From an uncultured Gammaproteobacteria bacterium (lineage in GTDB: Bacteria; Patescibacteriota; Microgenomatia; Levybacterales; UBA12049), in contig CAYMJR010000001.1 of NCBI GenBank assembly GCA_964391315.1, forward strand, positions 141,983 through 205,982: a DNA stretch of 64,000 bases, given 5' to 3'. The position numbers and the translations under genes are program-made. Positions 45,759-56,214 of the stretch are shown one piece after another; position 1 is the first letter of the stretch, and each line of letters starts with the position of its first letter. Below the pieces are notes generated by a model. The model did not search any database. It was not told the DNA's origin and was given only the letters and a program-made list of their open reading frames with translations.

Positions 45759-48700
45759 TTAATGAGTTCCTTCATTGTTAATCACCTCCTCTCCGTTTGG
45801 ATTACCCCCTGCCGGGCTTGGGGACGACACTGGAGTTGTTGGCGTTGGTAAAATAGTTGGTTTGCTTTCAAATGTTTGCGGATCGTCAACAATGAGTGCT
45901 GTCCATGAGAATGAAATATCTTCATCTGCAGATTTGTTAAGAAGAATCGTAAAACCTTGGGTAGTTCTCTTGGTGACAATATAGCTGATGCCACTAGCAA
46001 GCACCTTTTGGCTCAATACTTCATTTGGATCTTTTGGATATGAAACGCCTGTCGGAACAGATGATGGTGTCGGAGTTTCATCAAAGCTAATACTGACGTT
46101 TACCACCGGTGTTTTCTGGTATGGTTTATCAAAAACAACGTCTACCCTATCTGAATCTTTTTTGATGATAGCAAAACCAGCAGTATCTTTGCTAAAGGTT
46201 GGTGGTGTTGCAAAAGAAACATTTGCCTTAAAGACAACATCATCAAGGAATGTCGCAACGCCACTGACAACCAAATTCTTCGTCATAAGCGTGTCAACAA
46301 CAGTGAAAATGCCTTCCACAAGACCATTTTGCTTTACGCGAAGTGATGATGAGATTGTCGCCAAGCCATCAACATCCAGGCTCTTAAGTGATAATGAATC
46401 ATCCCTAGTCGTAGCAGATGATGATGCAAGAACACTAGCATCAGGAGCAGAAACAAAATTCGCAGATGTTGATGCTCCCAACACATTTTCTGCCAATAAC
46501 TGTTTAAATAACTTCTCTCCTGATTGCTGAGTGAGTAAACCGGAAACAGCGATCGATTTATCCGGTTGCTGATTGTGCTGTTGTTTACGCATTACATCTA
46601 TAACAATACTTGCTATATAGTCACGAAGCGTCTGTCCGCCAATTGAAATATTTTCTGTAGTGACAGTTAAAGAATTAGTTGTGATATCGCCAACGGTAAG
46701 AATACCTGCTGTGATATTATCTTTGACATTCAAATACCCATCAATTGTCATTGATTGAGCAACACCATAACCAATTTGGATATTACCCACAGCAGCCTGA
46801 GCAAAGGTACCAATACGACTAACGGTATTGTTTGCAGTATCGGTAAGAGTATAGAATGGTGTCAATGCTCCTGACTCAGAACTATCACTAGCAGACTGTG
46901 TTGCAGGATGAAGAGTGAAAGTATCGAGAGATGCAAGGGTGACATCCGGAGCATAAAATTGTTTATTGATAAAAACAACCACTGTTCCTATACCATTTGA
47001 TGTATATCCTTCCATTGCCTGACCAATAACGTATCCTGCCTCTGTTGCTTTCATGGCAACACCGGGAGTTGATGATATGGTTAAGAAATCTCCTGGCAAA
47101 ATCGATCCATTTTCGGTACTGACCTTAACAGGCACACGTCCGGCAAGTGCAACTGCAACTTTCGGATCAAGGACAGTACCATCATCCAATAACTCTCCAG
47201 GCTTGGTTGAGATGATACCAATTGCTGATTGAATCTTTGTCTTACTTGCTTTTGCTACACGACTTACCGATCCTGATGTTTCCAAACCGACAACATCACC
47301 AGGTTGTGGCACATCACTTGGATCTGCAGGATAATTTTCTGCATAGTCAAGACCTTGCGTAATTGTATTTGGGGTTACTCTTATAGCGTCGATATTAGTA
47401 TTTGTTGCTACACCTGCACCAATCAGGATATGAACACGTCCCCATTGTGTTCCAGCTGGAGGAGTAACAACTCCACCACTAGCATTCCAGGCATTAGCAT
47501 TTGTTGCTGTAATTGTCAGAGGAGCTGAAATACCTGCACTGCCTAAGTTATTTGCTGCACAATTTGCTTTAGAGGAATAACCATCAATATATGCTCTCAC
47601 AGTAGGATTGGCAACTGAGGGTCTTACTTGCATACTTAAGGAATAAGCTTGATTACTTATCGGTACACACGCTGAATAGAAGACAGCCTGTCCGGTTGCT
47701 CCAAGCACTGCTCTTGCTGAGTTGTTGCCATGCGCTGCAGCTGCTCCCCCACCATTATCGATAATTAATGAACTTGACGTCGAAGCTGCCCGTACCCATC
47801 CGTCAGCAAATCCAAATCCTGCTGAGGTACTTGCTTCAAATGATGAGTTAGGAATAATACTTCCTGAGTCTCCAAGCGCATTGACAAAGGAAGTGGTACC
47901 GTTATTTGTGGTCGCAGCGCTGTTACTTGCGAAAGAGATCATATCACCCTGGAGCAGTACATTTCCTGCTTGAGAAACAGTGAATCTTGTTTGTCCACCA
48001 GATGAGGCGGTAAAGAGATCTCCATTACCAGAATTGTCAACTACCATACTAGCAAATGAAGTTTTACCAGAAACAGAAGCAACAGGACGTGTACCTCCAT
48101 TCAAACCAGTTGTTGCACGTAGATCAAGAGAAGCAAGTGGGTTGGATGTTCCGACACCTAAATAATTTCCTGCAACAGGATTAATGATGATATTACCTGT
48201 TGTCGTGCCACCAATTGTCAAAGTCTGGTTTGCTGTTGTTTGTAGAACCCCAGTCGCTGTCAAATATGCTCCGCCTGCGAGTCCTGCTGAAAGTGATGCA
48301 GTTGGTGTCCCGCCTGCAACATTAAGAACAGTAAATTTAGCAGAGCTTGTTGAAATACCACCGATTAATAAATCTTGAGTTATGATTCTCTCCGTAATTG
48401 CACCATTATTGGTCTGTTCGAGTGGTGATCCTCCGTTAGCGATACCAAGAATACCAGTCACATCTGCTGAATTCAAATTGACTGCTGAAAATGTCGGTGC
48501 TCCTGCTCCATTACCATGAAGAATGGTATTTGCTCCACCTTGTACCTGAATGAACTTACCCGTAGCATCCGTGTAAAACACTCCTCCATTTAATTGATAA
48601 TTTGATGCAACAATTGCTCCATTGTTCTGAATCGTAAACGTTGGTACACCCCCATGACTCGCTGTCAAAAGATCTCCTACACCTGAATTATTCACAACCA

Positions 48701-50528
48701 ATGAAGCAAAAGAAGTATTAGCTCCAACTGATGCAACTGCTTGCGTCCCTGCAAAGGCACTTGAACCATATAAATGGAATGTCGCAGATGATGTTGCAAC
48801 TCCTCCAAACAACAAATCAACTGTTCCGTTGTATGGTGTGATTGTGCCATTGGCAGTTGATTGCCAGAAGTTGGTCCCCAATGCACAGCTCCCCCAACTC
48901 GGAACTGTCCCTGTCGAAATAAGACAGGTGTTTGCTCCACCTATCGCCAAGGAATTCAACGCTGTTGATCCTCCCGCCCCATACAACAGCGCCCCACTAT
49001 TAAATGATGATTGCCCTGTACCTCCATTCCCTACTCCCAACGTACTCGTCACATCTGCTGAATTCAAATTGACTGCTGAAAATGTCGGTGCTCCTGCTCC
49101 ATTACCATGAAGAATGGTATTTGCTCCACCTTGTACCTGAATGAACTTACCCGTAGCATCCGTGTAAAACACTCCTCCATTTAATTGATAATTTGATGCA
49201 ACAATTGCTCCATTGTTCTGAATCGTAAACGTTGGTACACCCCCATGACTCGCTGTCAAAAGATCTCCTACACCTGAATTATTCACAACCAATGAAGCAA
49301 ATGATGTAGTCCCTGAAAAAGTTGCAACTGGCACTGTGCCACCATTGAGTCCGGTTGCTCCACGAACATCGAGTGTCGCAACCGGTGCTACCGTCCCAAT
49401 CCCAACATACATTCGAGCAAGAGGATTAAGAATGACATGTCCACTTGTTGAATTACCAAGGATCAGGCTTTGATTTGCCGTTGTGGTAATCGTTCCTGAT
49501 GCTGACAGAGAGAGCCCTCCTGTCACCCCTGCTGAAAGTGATGCTGTTGGTGTCCCACCTGCTATATTGAGAAAACCAAATTTTGCAGATGATGTTGCAA
49601 CACCACCCAAAAGTACATCAAGTGTTGTATTCCCGGAGTATAAAATTCCATTTGCTGAATTGACATTCCAAGTTGGATTACTTGGACAATTTGACCAACC
49701 AGGGGTATTGGAAGCAGAAACCAAACAAAGACCTGCTGTTGTTGTCGTTGCTGCTCCAAGTGCTCCTGATCCACCCGTATAGAGAACGCTATTGTTGTTT
49801 GTCGCAAATCCAGGAAGTGTAATACCTCCCCCACTTTTTCCGAAAGTGATTGTTGTTGCATTTGTGTCTCCAATCAACATTGTTCCGCTACTTCCACTAT
49901 CAAGACGAAGCGAATTTGCACCATTAGACAAAATCGTCAAACCGTTGCTGCTTGTTGGGGTAATAGTCAACCCAAGTGTTATATCATCATTGAGTGTCAG
50001 GGTCTTTGGAGTACTCGAGCCACCAGTCAAAGTAAATCCTGTTGCGCTTTGTGTTGCAACAACCCCATCAAGTTTGTCAGCATTAAGTGCATATGGTACT
50101 GCTGCAAATCGAATACGTGGTGTCATCTCTGAGTCAGTTCCAACTTTGATACCGAGATAGATGGTGTCTGAATTAAAATTAACCCCTGCAAGTGAATTGA
50201 CTGAACCAAGGGCTACTTGAAAAATACCGTTACTTGTCGTGACACTTTGTGTCTCTGTCCAAAGGTTAGTCCCTCCACTTGATGCATCATAGAGAGTAAA
50301 GACAACTGAATAAGTGCCATTTGTAACATTGGTTCCATCACTTTTTGAAAGTTTCCCCTGGAAATTGATTGTCTTATTGATGCCAGTCGCCGCTTCTGCA
50401 GAAGAAACAAGAAATGAGATTTGAGAAACGAAAAATAACGCAAAAACCGTCAAAACTAACTGGACAGAATTTTTGTTTGTTCTTCCATAATTTTGTGATT
50501 TGAAATCTAATACTGATGACTCTCTCAT
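45759..50528 (-). CDS. giant (1589 aa) secreted beta-repeat surface protein (tail-fibre/adhesin-like)
   Basis: Signal peptide/TM at the N-terminus. Gly/Thr/Ser/Asn-rich beta-repeat body. A perfect 254-bp internal duplication lies at 48457..48710 and 49048..49301. C-terminal segments are conserved. Confidence 0.7.
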   Translation of the reverse strand: MRESSVLDFKSQNYGRTNKNSVQLVLTVFALFFVSQISFLVSSAEAATGINKTINFQGKLSKSDGTNVTNGTYSVVFTLYDASSGGTNLWTETQSVTTSNGIFQVALGSVNSLAGVNFNSDTIYLGIKVGTDSEMTPRIRFAAVPYALNADKLDGVVATQSATGFTLTGGSSTPKTLTLNDDITLGLTITPTSSNGLTILSNGANSLRLDSGSSGTMLIGDTNATTITFGKSGGGITLPGFATNNNSVLYTGGSGALGAATTTTAGLCLVSASNTPGWSNCPSNPTWNVNSANGILYSGNTTLDVLLGGVATSSAKFGFLNIAGGTPTASLSAGVTGGLSLSASGTITTTANQSLILGNSTSGHVILNPLARMYVGIGTVAPVATLDVRGATGLNGGTVPVATFSGTTSFASLVVNNSGVGDLLTASHGGVPTFTIQNNGAIVASNYQLNGGVFYTDATGKFIQVQGGANTILHGNGAGAPTFSAVNLNSADVTSTLGVGNGGTGQSSFNSGALLYGAGGSTALNSLAIGGANTCLISTGTVPSWGSCALGTNFWQSTANGTITPYNGTVDLLFGGVATSSATFHLYGSSAFAGTQAVASVGANTSFASLVVNNSGVGDLLTASHGGVPTFTIQNNGAIVASNYQLNGGVFYTDATGKFIQVQGGANTILHGNGAGAPTFSAVNLNSADVTGILGIANGGSPLEQTNNGAITERIITQDLLIGGISTSSAKFTVLNVAGGTPTASLSAGLAGGAYLTATGVLQTTANQTLTIGGTTTGNIIINPVAGNYLGVGTSNPLASLDLRATTGLNGGTRPVASVSGKTSFASMVVDNSGNGDLFTASSGGQTRFTVSQAGNVLLQGDMISFASNSAATTNNGTTSFVNALGDSGSIIPNSSFEASTSAGFGFADGWVRAASTSSSLIIDNGGGAAAAHGNNSARAVLGATGQAVFYSACVPISNQAYSLSMQVRPSVANPTVRAYIDGYSSKANCAANNLGSAGISAPLTITATNANAWNASGGVVTPPAGTQWGRVHILIGAGVATNTNIDAIRVTPNTITQGLDYAENYPADPSDVPQPGDVVGLETSGSVSRVAKASKTKIQSAIGIISTKPGELLDDGTVLDPKVAVALAGRVPVKVSTENGSILPGDFLTISSTPGVAMKATEAGYVIGQAMEGYTSNGIGTVVVFINKQFYAPDVTLASLDTFTLHPATQSASDSSESGALTPFYTLTDTANNTVSRIGTFAQAAVGNIQIGYGVAQSMTIDGYLNVKDNITAGILTVGDITTNSLTVTTENISIGGQTLRDYIASIVIDVMRKQQHNQQPDKSIAVSGLLTQQSGEKLFKQLLAENVLGASTSANFVSAPDASVLASSSATTRDDSLSLKSLDVDGLATISSSLRVKQNGLVEGIFTVVDTLMTKNLVVSGVATFLDDVVFKANVSFATPPTFSKDTAGFAIIKKDSDRVDVVFDKPYQKTPVVNVSISFDETPTPSSVPTGVSYPKDPNEVLSQKVLASGISYIVTKRTTQGFTILLNKSADEDISFSWTALIVDDPQTFESKPTILPTPTTPVSSPSPAGGNPNGEEVINNEGTH

Positions 50529-50593
50529 ATATTAATAAAGCTTATCAAGTATCTCCTAGCCTCAAGCAACTCGTCAAATATTGACAAATTTTG

Positions 50594-50699
50594 TATAAAA
50601 TTGCATACTATTGTTAACAATTGCATACTTTGATTGAGCCGGTTTTTTGGCTGATTTACACCATTTTTTATCCGTGTTAATCTTAAATTAATCCGTGTC
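50594..50699. promoter_or_regulatory. direct-repeat operator-like elements in the divergent region between the giant gene and the HTH gene
   Basis: AATTGCATACT occurs twice, flanking the perfect palindrome TTGTTAACAA. TCCGTGTTAATCTT and TCCGTGTCAATCTT are 20 bp apart. Confidence 0.45.
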
Positions 50700-50710
50700 A
50701 ATCTTTTACA

Positions 50711-50992
50711 ATGAACAACCTGCTCAGTGTCAAACAAGTGGCATTTATTTTAAAGGTCCATCCCCTGACGATTCGTCGTTACATAAATGAAAAAAAATTA
50801 AAAGCAGTCAGAGTCGGCGGTAATGTCCGGATTGCAGAACTAGAAGTCGAAAATTTTCATAAAGATATCGATGCCCCATCAGTCGAAAAAACAACTTTCC
50901 GAAAATTCAAGAAAGTCGCAGACAAGCAATTTTCACTGGAAGATCCATTGCTCCGTCTTCAAGGACGAGCAGCGAGTCTAAAATTAACGTAG
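50711..50992 (+). CDS. excisionase-family (HTH_17) DNA-binding protein
   Basis: LSVKQVAFILKVHPLTIRRYINEKKLKAVRVGGNVRI, paralogous to the gene at 39293..39508. Confidence 0.55.
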   Translation: MNNLLSVKQVAFILKVHPLTIRRYINEKKLKAVRVGGNVRIAELEVENFHKDIDAPSVEKTTFRKFKKVADKQFSLEDPLLRLQGRAASLKLT

Positions 50993-51066
50993 GGATTAAT
51001 GATTAGTAAAGTTTTAAATTTTATAATTGTGTAAAATGCTAACCACTAAGCCCTAATTACTAAACT

Positions 51067-51486
51067 ATGCTGAGTAAAAAAGTATTTATAGCACCTGATG
51101 GGTTTGTCGCCTTTATCGACCGAGCGCACCCAAAACACATCCATGCTGCCGCGCAGTTTCGTTACTTCGCCCAAAATACCTACCAGATCTATACAACAAT
51201 CATCGCCCTCAATGACGCTTACCAAACCTTTTATAACACCATCAGTCCTTCGGTTGCCAGAGACTTTCTGCGGGCAATCGAACTCAGTAGTATCAATCTT
51301 ATTTATCCTGAAGAATCAGATATCAAAAGAAGTCTCCGAGCAATTGCCACCACACAATCAGCAGACATGACATTTGCAACAGTTCTTGCTGCAACAATTT
51401 GTAATAAGAAAAGTATTCCACAGGTTTGTACATTCTCCTACTTCCCAGCGCTTTTCGGATTGCAAGTATTCTTCCTACCTATATAG
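51067..51486 (+). CDS. hypothetical protein (139 aa)
   Basis: Intact ORF directly after the HTH gene. A weak PIN-like N-terminus (KKVFIAPDGFVAFID) is not convincing. Confidence 0.35.
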   Translation: MLSKKVFIAPDGFVAFIDRAHPKHIHAAAQFRYFAQNTYQIYTTIIALNDAYQTFYNTISPSVARDFLRAIELSSINLIYPEESDIKRSLRAIATTQSADMTFATVLAATICNKKSIPQVCTFSYFPALFGLQVFFLPI

Positions 51487-51516
51487 AATAGTAGTATGTA
51501 ACTTGTATTAAGTATT

Positions 51517-52632
51517 ATGAAGAATATATATCAAAATATTAAGCAAAATATCAATTTATATAGTAATATATCTATATTAATATCCTTTTTTTTCCTTGTT
51601 ACATGCTACATATTACTTAATACTCCTGAAGCAGCCGCCCAGATGCCCCAAAGCACTAATTATCAACTCCAGTCGTATAGCTTTGGATCAGGCACTGCAT
51701 CTTCTTCATCGCAAACATATAATCTTTTCGGAGCTGCAGGAGAAGTTGAAATTGGAAGTTCTTCTTCTCAAACACTTAATACCACAGGCGGACTCACCTA
51801 TCTTATGCAAGCCAACGTTCCAGGTATCCCAACATTAACAAATCCAGGAAACAACTATGACCGGTTGAAATTTATCATTGATACTGACAACAATCCTTCC
51901 GATACTGTCTATGCAATCGCCATAAGTACCGACAACTTCGTATCTGATATCCGATATATTAAAAGCGATAACACAATCGGGACGTCACTCACAGCTAGTG
52001 ATTATCAAACCTACACGGCGTGGGGCGGAGCAACAGGAGCATATGTCACTGGACTTGTGCAAGGAACTACGTACTACATAAAAGTAAAAGCAAAAGAAGG
52101 CGATTTTACGGAAAGTCAGTACAGCTCAGTTGCATCTGCGACTACCTCCAATGCACAATTGACCTTTAGTGTCGATAGTTCAACCCTCACCTTTGATAAT
52201 CTCAACGCTGGTAATTCGTATACTGATAGCAACAAAACCACAGTTCTTACTACATCGACAAATGCGTATAACGGCTATGTCATTAACGCTCGTGAGACCC
52301 AACCGCTTACTGCAACCGGATTTGGAACGATTGCTGATTATGGTAGTCCGAATTCTGCACCGACCGCCTGGTCAGGATATGGTTTTGGTTATACGACGAA
52401 TGATAGTAGCCTAACAGGTGGGACAGCTGATCGTTTCACAAACGGCGGACCTAATTATGCAGGATTCACTACCTCATCTCCAGGTGATCCGGTTGCCGAT
52501 CATCCTGGTCCGGTGACAAGCTCAATTTCCAACGAGCAATTTACTATTAGTTATAAAGTCGCAGTCCAAAACACACAAAAAGCAGCAAAATACACAACAA
52601 ATATACTATATATAGTAGTACCGAGTTATTAA
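51517..52632 (+). CDS. WxL-domain-like cell-surface protein (paralog A)
   Basis: Signal peptide. Its C-terminal region is homologous to that of the gene at 53669..54787 (GYTTN..L.GG.A.RFT.GGPNYAGFTT...YT.NIL.VV.PSY), which resembles WxL-domain termini. Confidence 0.5.
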   Translation: MKNIYQNIKQNINLYSNISILISFFFLVTCYILLNTPEAAAQMPQSTNYQLQSYSFGSGTASSSSQTYNLFGAAGEVEIGSSSSQTLNTTGGLTYLMQANVPGIPTLTNPGNNYDRLKFIIDTDNNPSDTVYAIAISTDNFVSDIRYIKSDNTIGTSLTASDYQTYTAWGGATGAYVTGLVQGTTYYIKVKAKEGDFTESQYSSVASATTSNAQLTFSVDSSTLTFDNLNAGNSYTDSNKTTVLTTSTNAYNGYVINARETQPLTATGFGTIADYGSPNSAPTAWSGYGFGYTTNDSSLTGGTADRFTNGGPNYAGFTTSSPGDPVADHPGPVTSSISNEQFTISYKVAVQNTQKAAKYTTNILYIVVPSY

Positions 52633-52635
52633 GCA

Positions 52636-53580
52636 ATGAAACAATATAACAATCGAGCAATCATTTTCTTACTCTTTTCTTTTTGCGGTTTGCTTTTTGC
52701 TATCCCAGTTCATGCACAAACAAAACAACCACAACAAATTCTCAGCATCTCGCCTATCATCATCGACGTTCCCCTTTCACCTGGTAAAACCTATACCAAA
52801 GAAATCACTATCCAAAATATGACAGACAATCCACTACCGCTTCAAGCAAATCTCAATGATTTTCAAACGACCGGTGAAGAAGGTGGATACGTCTTTGAAG
52901 AGACACACACCAATCCTCTTTTATCATGGATCAATATTAGTAATACTGATCTTATCCTTAATCCCAAAGAAATCAAAAAAATCCAAATGACAATCAAAAC
53001 ACCTAAAGAAATTCCTCTTGGCGGCTATTATGGCATGCTCTTTTTCCAACCAGTTCTACAGGATAATACAGAAACCATTACGCATATAGTACCCAAGGTA
53101 GGCGTATTGCTTATTGCAAGTATTGGTGTCCCTGATCTTTCGGCAAAAAAAGCAGAAATTCCCACCTTCTCAATTGGATTCTTCCAAAAGAACAATCAAA
53201 TTCCGTTCCTCTTACGTGTCAAAAATGTTTCACTTCATTTCTTTACTGCTAAACCAATTCTCAAAATCACACCTGTCATAAGATTTACAAACACCGATTT
53301 ACGGCCCATCTATCTTGAAGAAAAACTCCTCTTCCAGGACAAAATCCGCAGATGGGAACAAACAATAACACTTCCTAATAACACACCCAATATCTACAAA
53401 GCACACTTGATACTCTCAACAGGCAACGGAGAAGATATAACGCAAGATACTTATTTTGTGTTACTGCCAGGAATAAATAGTATCGGTATTATCATTCTTG
53501 TTCTTCTTTTCCTTTTAGGAATTATCTGGAAGAAACGAGTAATAAGAGCAATAAAAATACTCATCGGCAAAAAAAGTTAA
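52636..53580 (+). CDS. DUF916/DUF3324-like cell-surface protein with C-terminal TM anchor (CscA-like)
   Basis: Signal peptide. LSISPIIIDVPLSPGKTYTKEITIQNMTDNPLPLQANL resembles the DUF916 N-terminal domain. C-terminal TM helix plus a KKR tail. Confidence 0.5.
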   Translation: MKQYNNRAIIFLLFSFCGLLFAIPVHAQTKQPQQILSISPIIIDVPLSPGKTYTKEITIQNMTDNPLPLQANLNDFQTTGEEGGYVFEETHTNPLLSWINISNTDLILNPKEIKKIQMTIKTPKEIPLGGYYGMLFFQPVLQDNTETITHIVPKVGVLLIASIGVPDLSAKKAEIPTFSIGFFQKNNQIPFLLRVKNVSLHFFTAKPILKITPVIRFTNTDLRPIYLEEKLLFQDKIRRWEQTITLPNNTPNIYKAHLILSTGNGEDITQDTYFVLLPGINSIGIIILVLLFLLGIIWKKRVIRAIKILIGKKS

Positions 53581-53668
53581 AAAATAATTAACAACTCAGC
53601 ACTTTATCTGTGCTCTAGCTTTATTTCTCCTCTTGACAAGGTAAAGAAAAGTCTTCTATGATTATTTT

Positions 53669-54787
53669 ATGCATTTAGATCCTGTCCAATTAAACGCATT
53701 AAAATATGTAAGAAAATTCCTTACTGTTGCGATTATTGTTGTTCTTCTTGCATGTCCTCCATTGGTAAATCTGTTCGTTTTACAATCTCACGCAGCAGGC
53801 ACCCCCTCCCCAGCAAAGATTACTATTAATAACTCACAAGCAGGAGCAACGGGAGTAACCTATGAATTACGATATACAGCAACTGCAAGTACAGGTATTC
53901 AACGACTCACTATCCAATTTTGTACGACAGCATCTGGTACCTGCACAACGCCAACAGGCATGACAACAACAGGTGCCACACGTACCGTAAGTAATGTTTC
54001 CGGTACATCTCCAGCTGATACATTTGGTGTCAATGGTACTCTCCGGACAGACTGGACAGCAGCAACCCAAAGTCCTCTAGGGGTAATTTATACAGTATCA
54101 GGCATTACCAACCCTTCAACCATTAATACTACATTCTATGCAAGAGTCACATCCTACTCTGATGCAGGTGTAACCGCAATTGATAATGTTAATCTAGCAA
54201 TTGCAGTTCTTGATACAGGTTCTATTGCAGTTTCAGCAACAGTTGATCCAAACTTTAGTTTTACTGTGACTCGGGCCGTTACAGGAAATGTCAATGGCGA
54301 TACCATTAACGTCAGTTCAACATCGAATAATAGTATTCCTTTTGGTACATTAAATACCACTGTCGCTTCAGTTGCTGCACATGATATTACTATTACTACC
54401 AACGCTAATAATGGATACCAGGTAACTGCATCCACTTCAGCAACTCCTCCTCTTGTGTCAGGTGCAAATTCCATCAGTGATTTCAGTGGTACTAACGCAT
54501 CTCCTACAAACTGGTCAGCTCCTGCGGGTTCATCACCAAATGTTAATACCGGTTACTTTGGTTACACCACAAATAGCACAACACTCTGTACAGGCAGTGC
54601 AACTAGATTTACTAGCGGTGGACCAAATTATGCCGGCTTTACAACAACAGGTCAAGAGGTTGCCTGTAGTAGTACACCTGTCAACAACGTAACAACACGT
54701 GTCGGATGGAAATTACAGATTAATACTATCCAACCAGCTGGTGCATATACAGGAACAATTATCTTGGTGGCTACACCAACGTATTAG
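53669..54787 (+). CDS. WxL-domain-like cell-surface protein (paralog B)
   Basis: C-terminal RVGWKLQINT (W-x-L) and a YTGTIILVATPTY end. Paralog of the gene at 51517..52632. Confidence 0.5.
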   Translation: MHLDPVQLNALKYVRKFLTVAIIVVLLACPPLVNLFVLQSHAAGTPSPAKITINNSQAGATGVTYELRYTATASTGIQRLTIQFCTTASGTCTTPTGMTTTGATRTVSNVSGTSPADTFGVNGTLRTDWTAATQSPLGVIYTVSGITNPSTINTTFYARVTSYSDAGVTAIDNVNLAIAVLDTGSIAVSATVDPNFSFTVTRAVTGNVNGDTINVSSTSNNSIPFGTLNTTVASVAAHDITITTNANNGYQVTASTSATPPLVSGANSISDFSGTNASPTNWSAPAGSSPNVNTGYFGYTTNSTTLCTGSATRFTSGGPNYAGFTTTGQEVACSSTPVNNVTTRVGWKLQINTIQPAGAYTGTIILVATPTY

Positions 54788-54855
54788 ATTGCTATATGGC
54801 TAAATGGTTCTATGGTTAAAACGTTTCAACCGTAGAACGTTTTAACCATTTAACA

Positions 54856-55770
54856 ATGAATAAAACTAAATTACTTGCTATTGGAGCAATTATAGTTGCA
54901 GTAGGAATTGGCTCCATTAGTCTTCATTCCTTTGTCACTGCACAAGATACAGGTCAAGGACTGACAGTATCTCCACCTTCTCAGGAGGTAACAATTGACC
55001 CAGGTAAAACTACCATCGTCAAAGCAAAAATTAGGAACAATAGTAACAATACACTCCCTATGCAGGTTCACATTGAAGACTTTACTGCTAAAGGAGATGC
55101 AGGACAAATTGCGTTAAATAGCAATAGTCCCTACAGTGTCGCTTCATGGACCAAAGTATCGCCATCATCCTTTAGCTTACCAGCAGGATCAGAACAGGAA
55201 GTTACTGCGACAATTACTGCACCAGCAAATGCTGCAGGAGGTCACTTTGGTTCATTTGTTTTTGCAGTCCAAGCTGATAAATCAACAGGCAACACTGCTT
55301 CAGTTACTCAAGAAATTGCCTCCTTATTCTTGGTAAGAGTAAGTGGCCCAATTGATGAGAAATTGGATCTTACTTCATTATCAGCACCTTCCTACTCTGA
55401 ATTTGGGCCAGTTACTTTTGATATGAAATTTAAAAATAGCGGTAATGTCTATACAAAAACATACGGACTTATCAATGTGACAGATATGTTTGGCAATAAA
55501 GTCGCTGATATTGTAGTCCGCGGGGTCAATATCTTCCCAGATTCTGATAGAATTGTCCAAGCATCGTTAGATAAAAAATTCCTGATTGGAAATTACCACG
55601 CAACAGCATTATTGTACTATGGCACCCAAACAACACAAAGTTTGACCGCATCAACTACCTTCTTTGTCTTCCCCACAAGAATCGCTGTAATAATTATTGT
55701 CATCCTTGCAGTTCTGTATCTTATGAGAAAAAGACTCAAGAAAGCGCTCAAGGCTTTGGGTGGGAAATAA
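54856..55770 (+). CDS. DUF916-like cell-surface protein with C-terminal TM anchor (second copy)
   Basis: LTVSPPSQEVTIDPGKTTIVKAKIRNNSNNTLPMQVHIEDF, a C-terminal TM helix and an RKRLKK tail. Confidence 0.5.
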   Translation: MNKTKLLAIGAIIVAVGIGSISLHSFVTAQDTGQGLTVSPPSQEVTIDPGKTTIVKAKIRNNSNNTLPMQVHIEDFTAKGDAGQIALNSNSPYSVASWTKVSPSSFSLPAGSEQEVTATITAPANAAGGHFGSFVFAVQADKSTGNTASVTQEIASLFLVRVSGPIDEKLDLTSLSAPSYSEFGPVTFDMKFKNSGNVYTKTYGLINVTDMFGNKVADIVVRGVNIFPDSDRIVQASLDKKFLIGNYHATALLYYGTQTTQSLTASTTFFVFPTRIAVIIIVILAVLYLMRKRLKKALKALGGK

Positions 55771-55776
55771 GCTCCT

Positions 55777-56193
55777 ATGAAAAAATCCCTCGTGGTATTT
55801 ATTGTTGCCTTCGTAGCAGGTTTTCTTACTCATGCCTTTCTTTTCCCTGATTTCTTGGCAAATGGTATTATGGATATTACTCAAGTTGCCTTACCAATTG
55901 CCACACCTACTCCAGTTTCCTCAGGTTCACAAGATACCTTTGAAACATATATTACCTATAAAGATGGCAGTTTTAATCGACACAATATCACTATTGGTGT
56001 TGGGAATTATCTTAATATTACCAACATGTCTACAAGTCATCCTATGTGGCTTACGTCCAATGACACACAACTTGCAACGGTTCGTGGTTATGGTGAATCA
56101 GAACGTGTCAGAGAACGAATGGATACAAGAGGTCAGTTTGTGGTAGTAGATAAAAACAACCCCAGCGAAAAACTCGTAATAACAGTGAGGTAG
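55777..56193 (+). CDS. small N-terminally anchored surface protein
   Basis: N-terminal TM/signal anchor followed by a ~110-aa extracytoplasmic domain. Confidence 0.4.
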   Translation: MKKSLVVFIVAFVAGFLTHAFLFPDFLANGIMDITQVALPIATPTPVSSGSQDTFETYITYKDGSFNRHNITIGVGNYLNITNMSTSHPMWLTSNDTQLATVRGYGESERVRERMDTRGQFVVVDKNNPSEKLVITVR

Positions 56194-56214
56194 AGTTTTT
56201 GCTATGCTAGAAGT

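Noticed and set aside
45775-50443. Numerous 60-180-aa ORFs on both strands inside the giant gene (for example 45988..46530 and 49792..50160)
   Set aside because: They are antisense or alternate-frame ORFs in low-complexity repeat sequence, fully embedded in the 1589-aa CDS.
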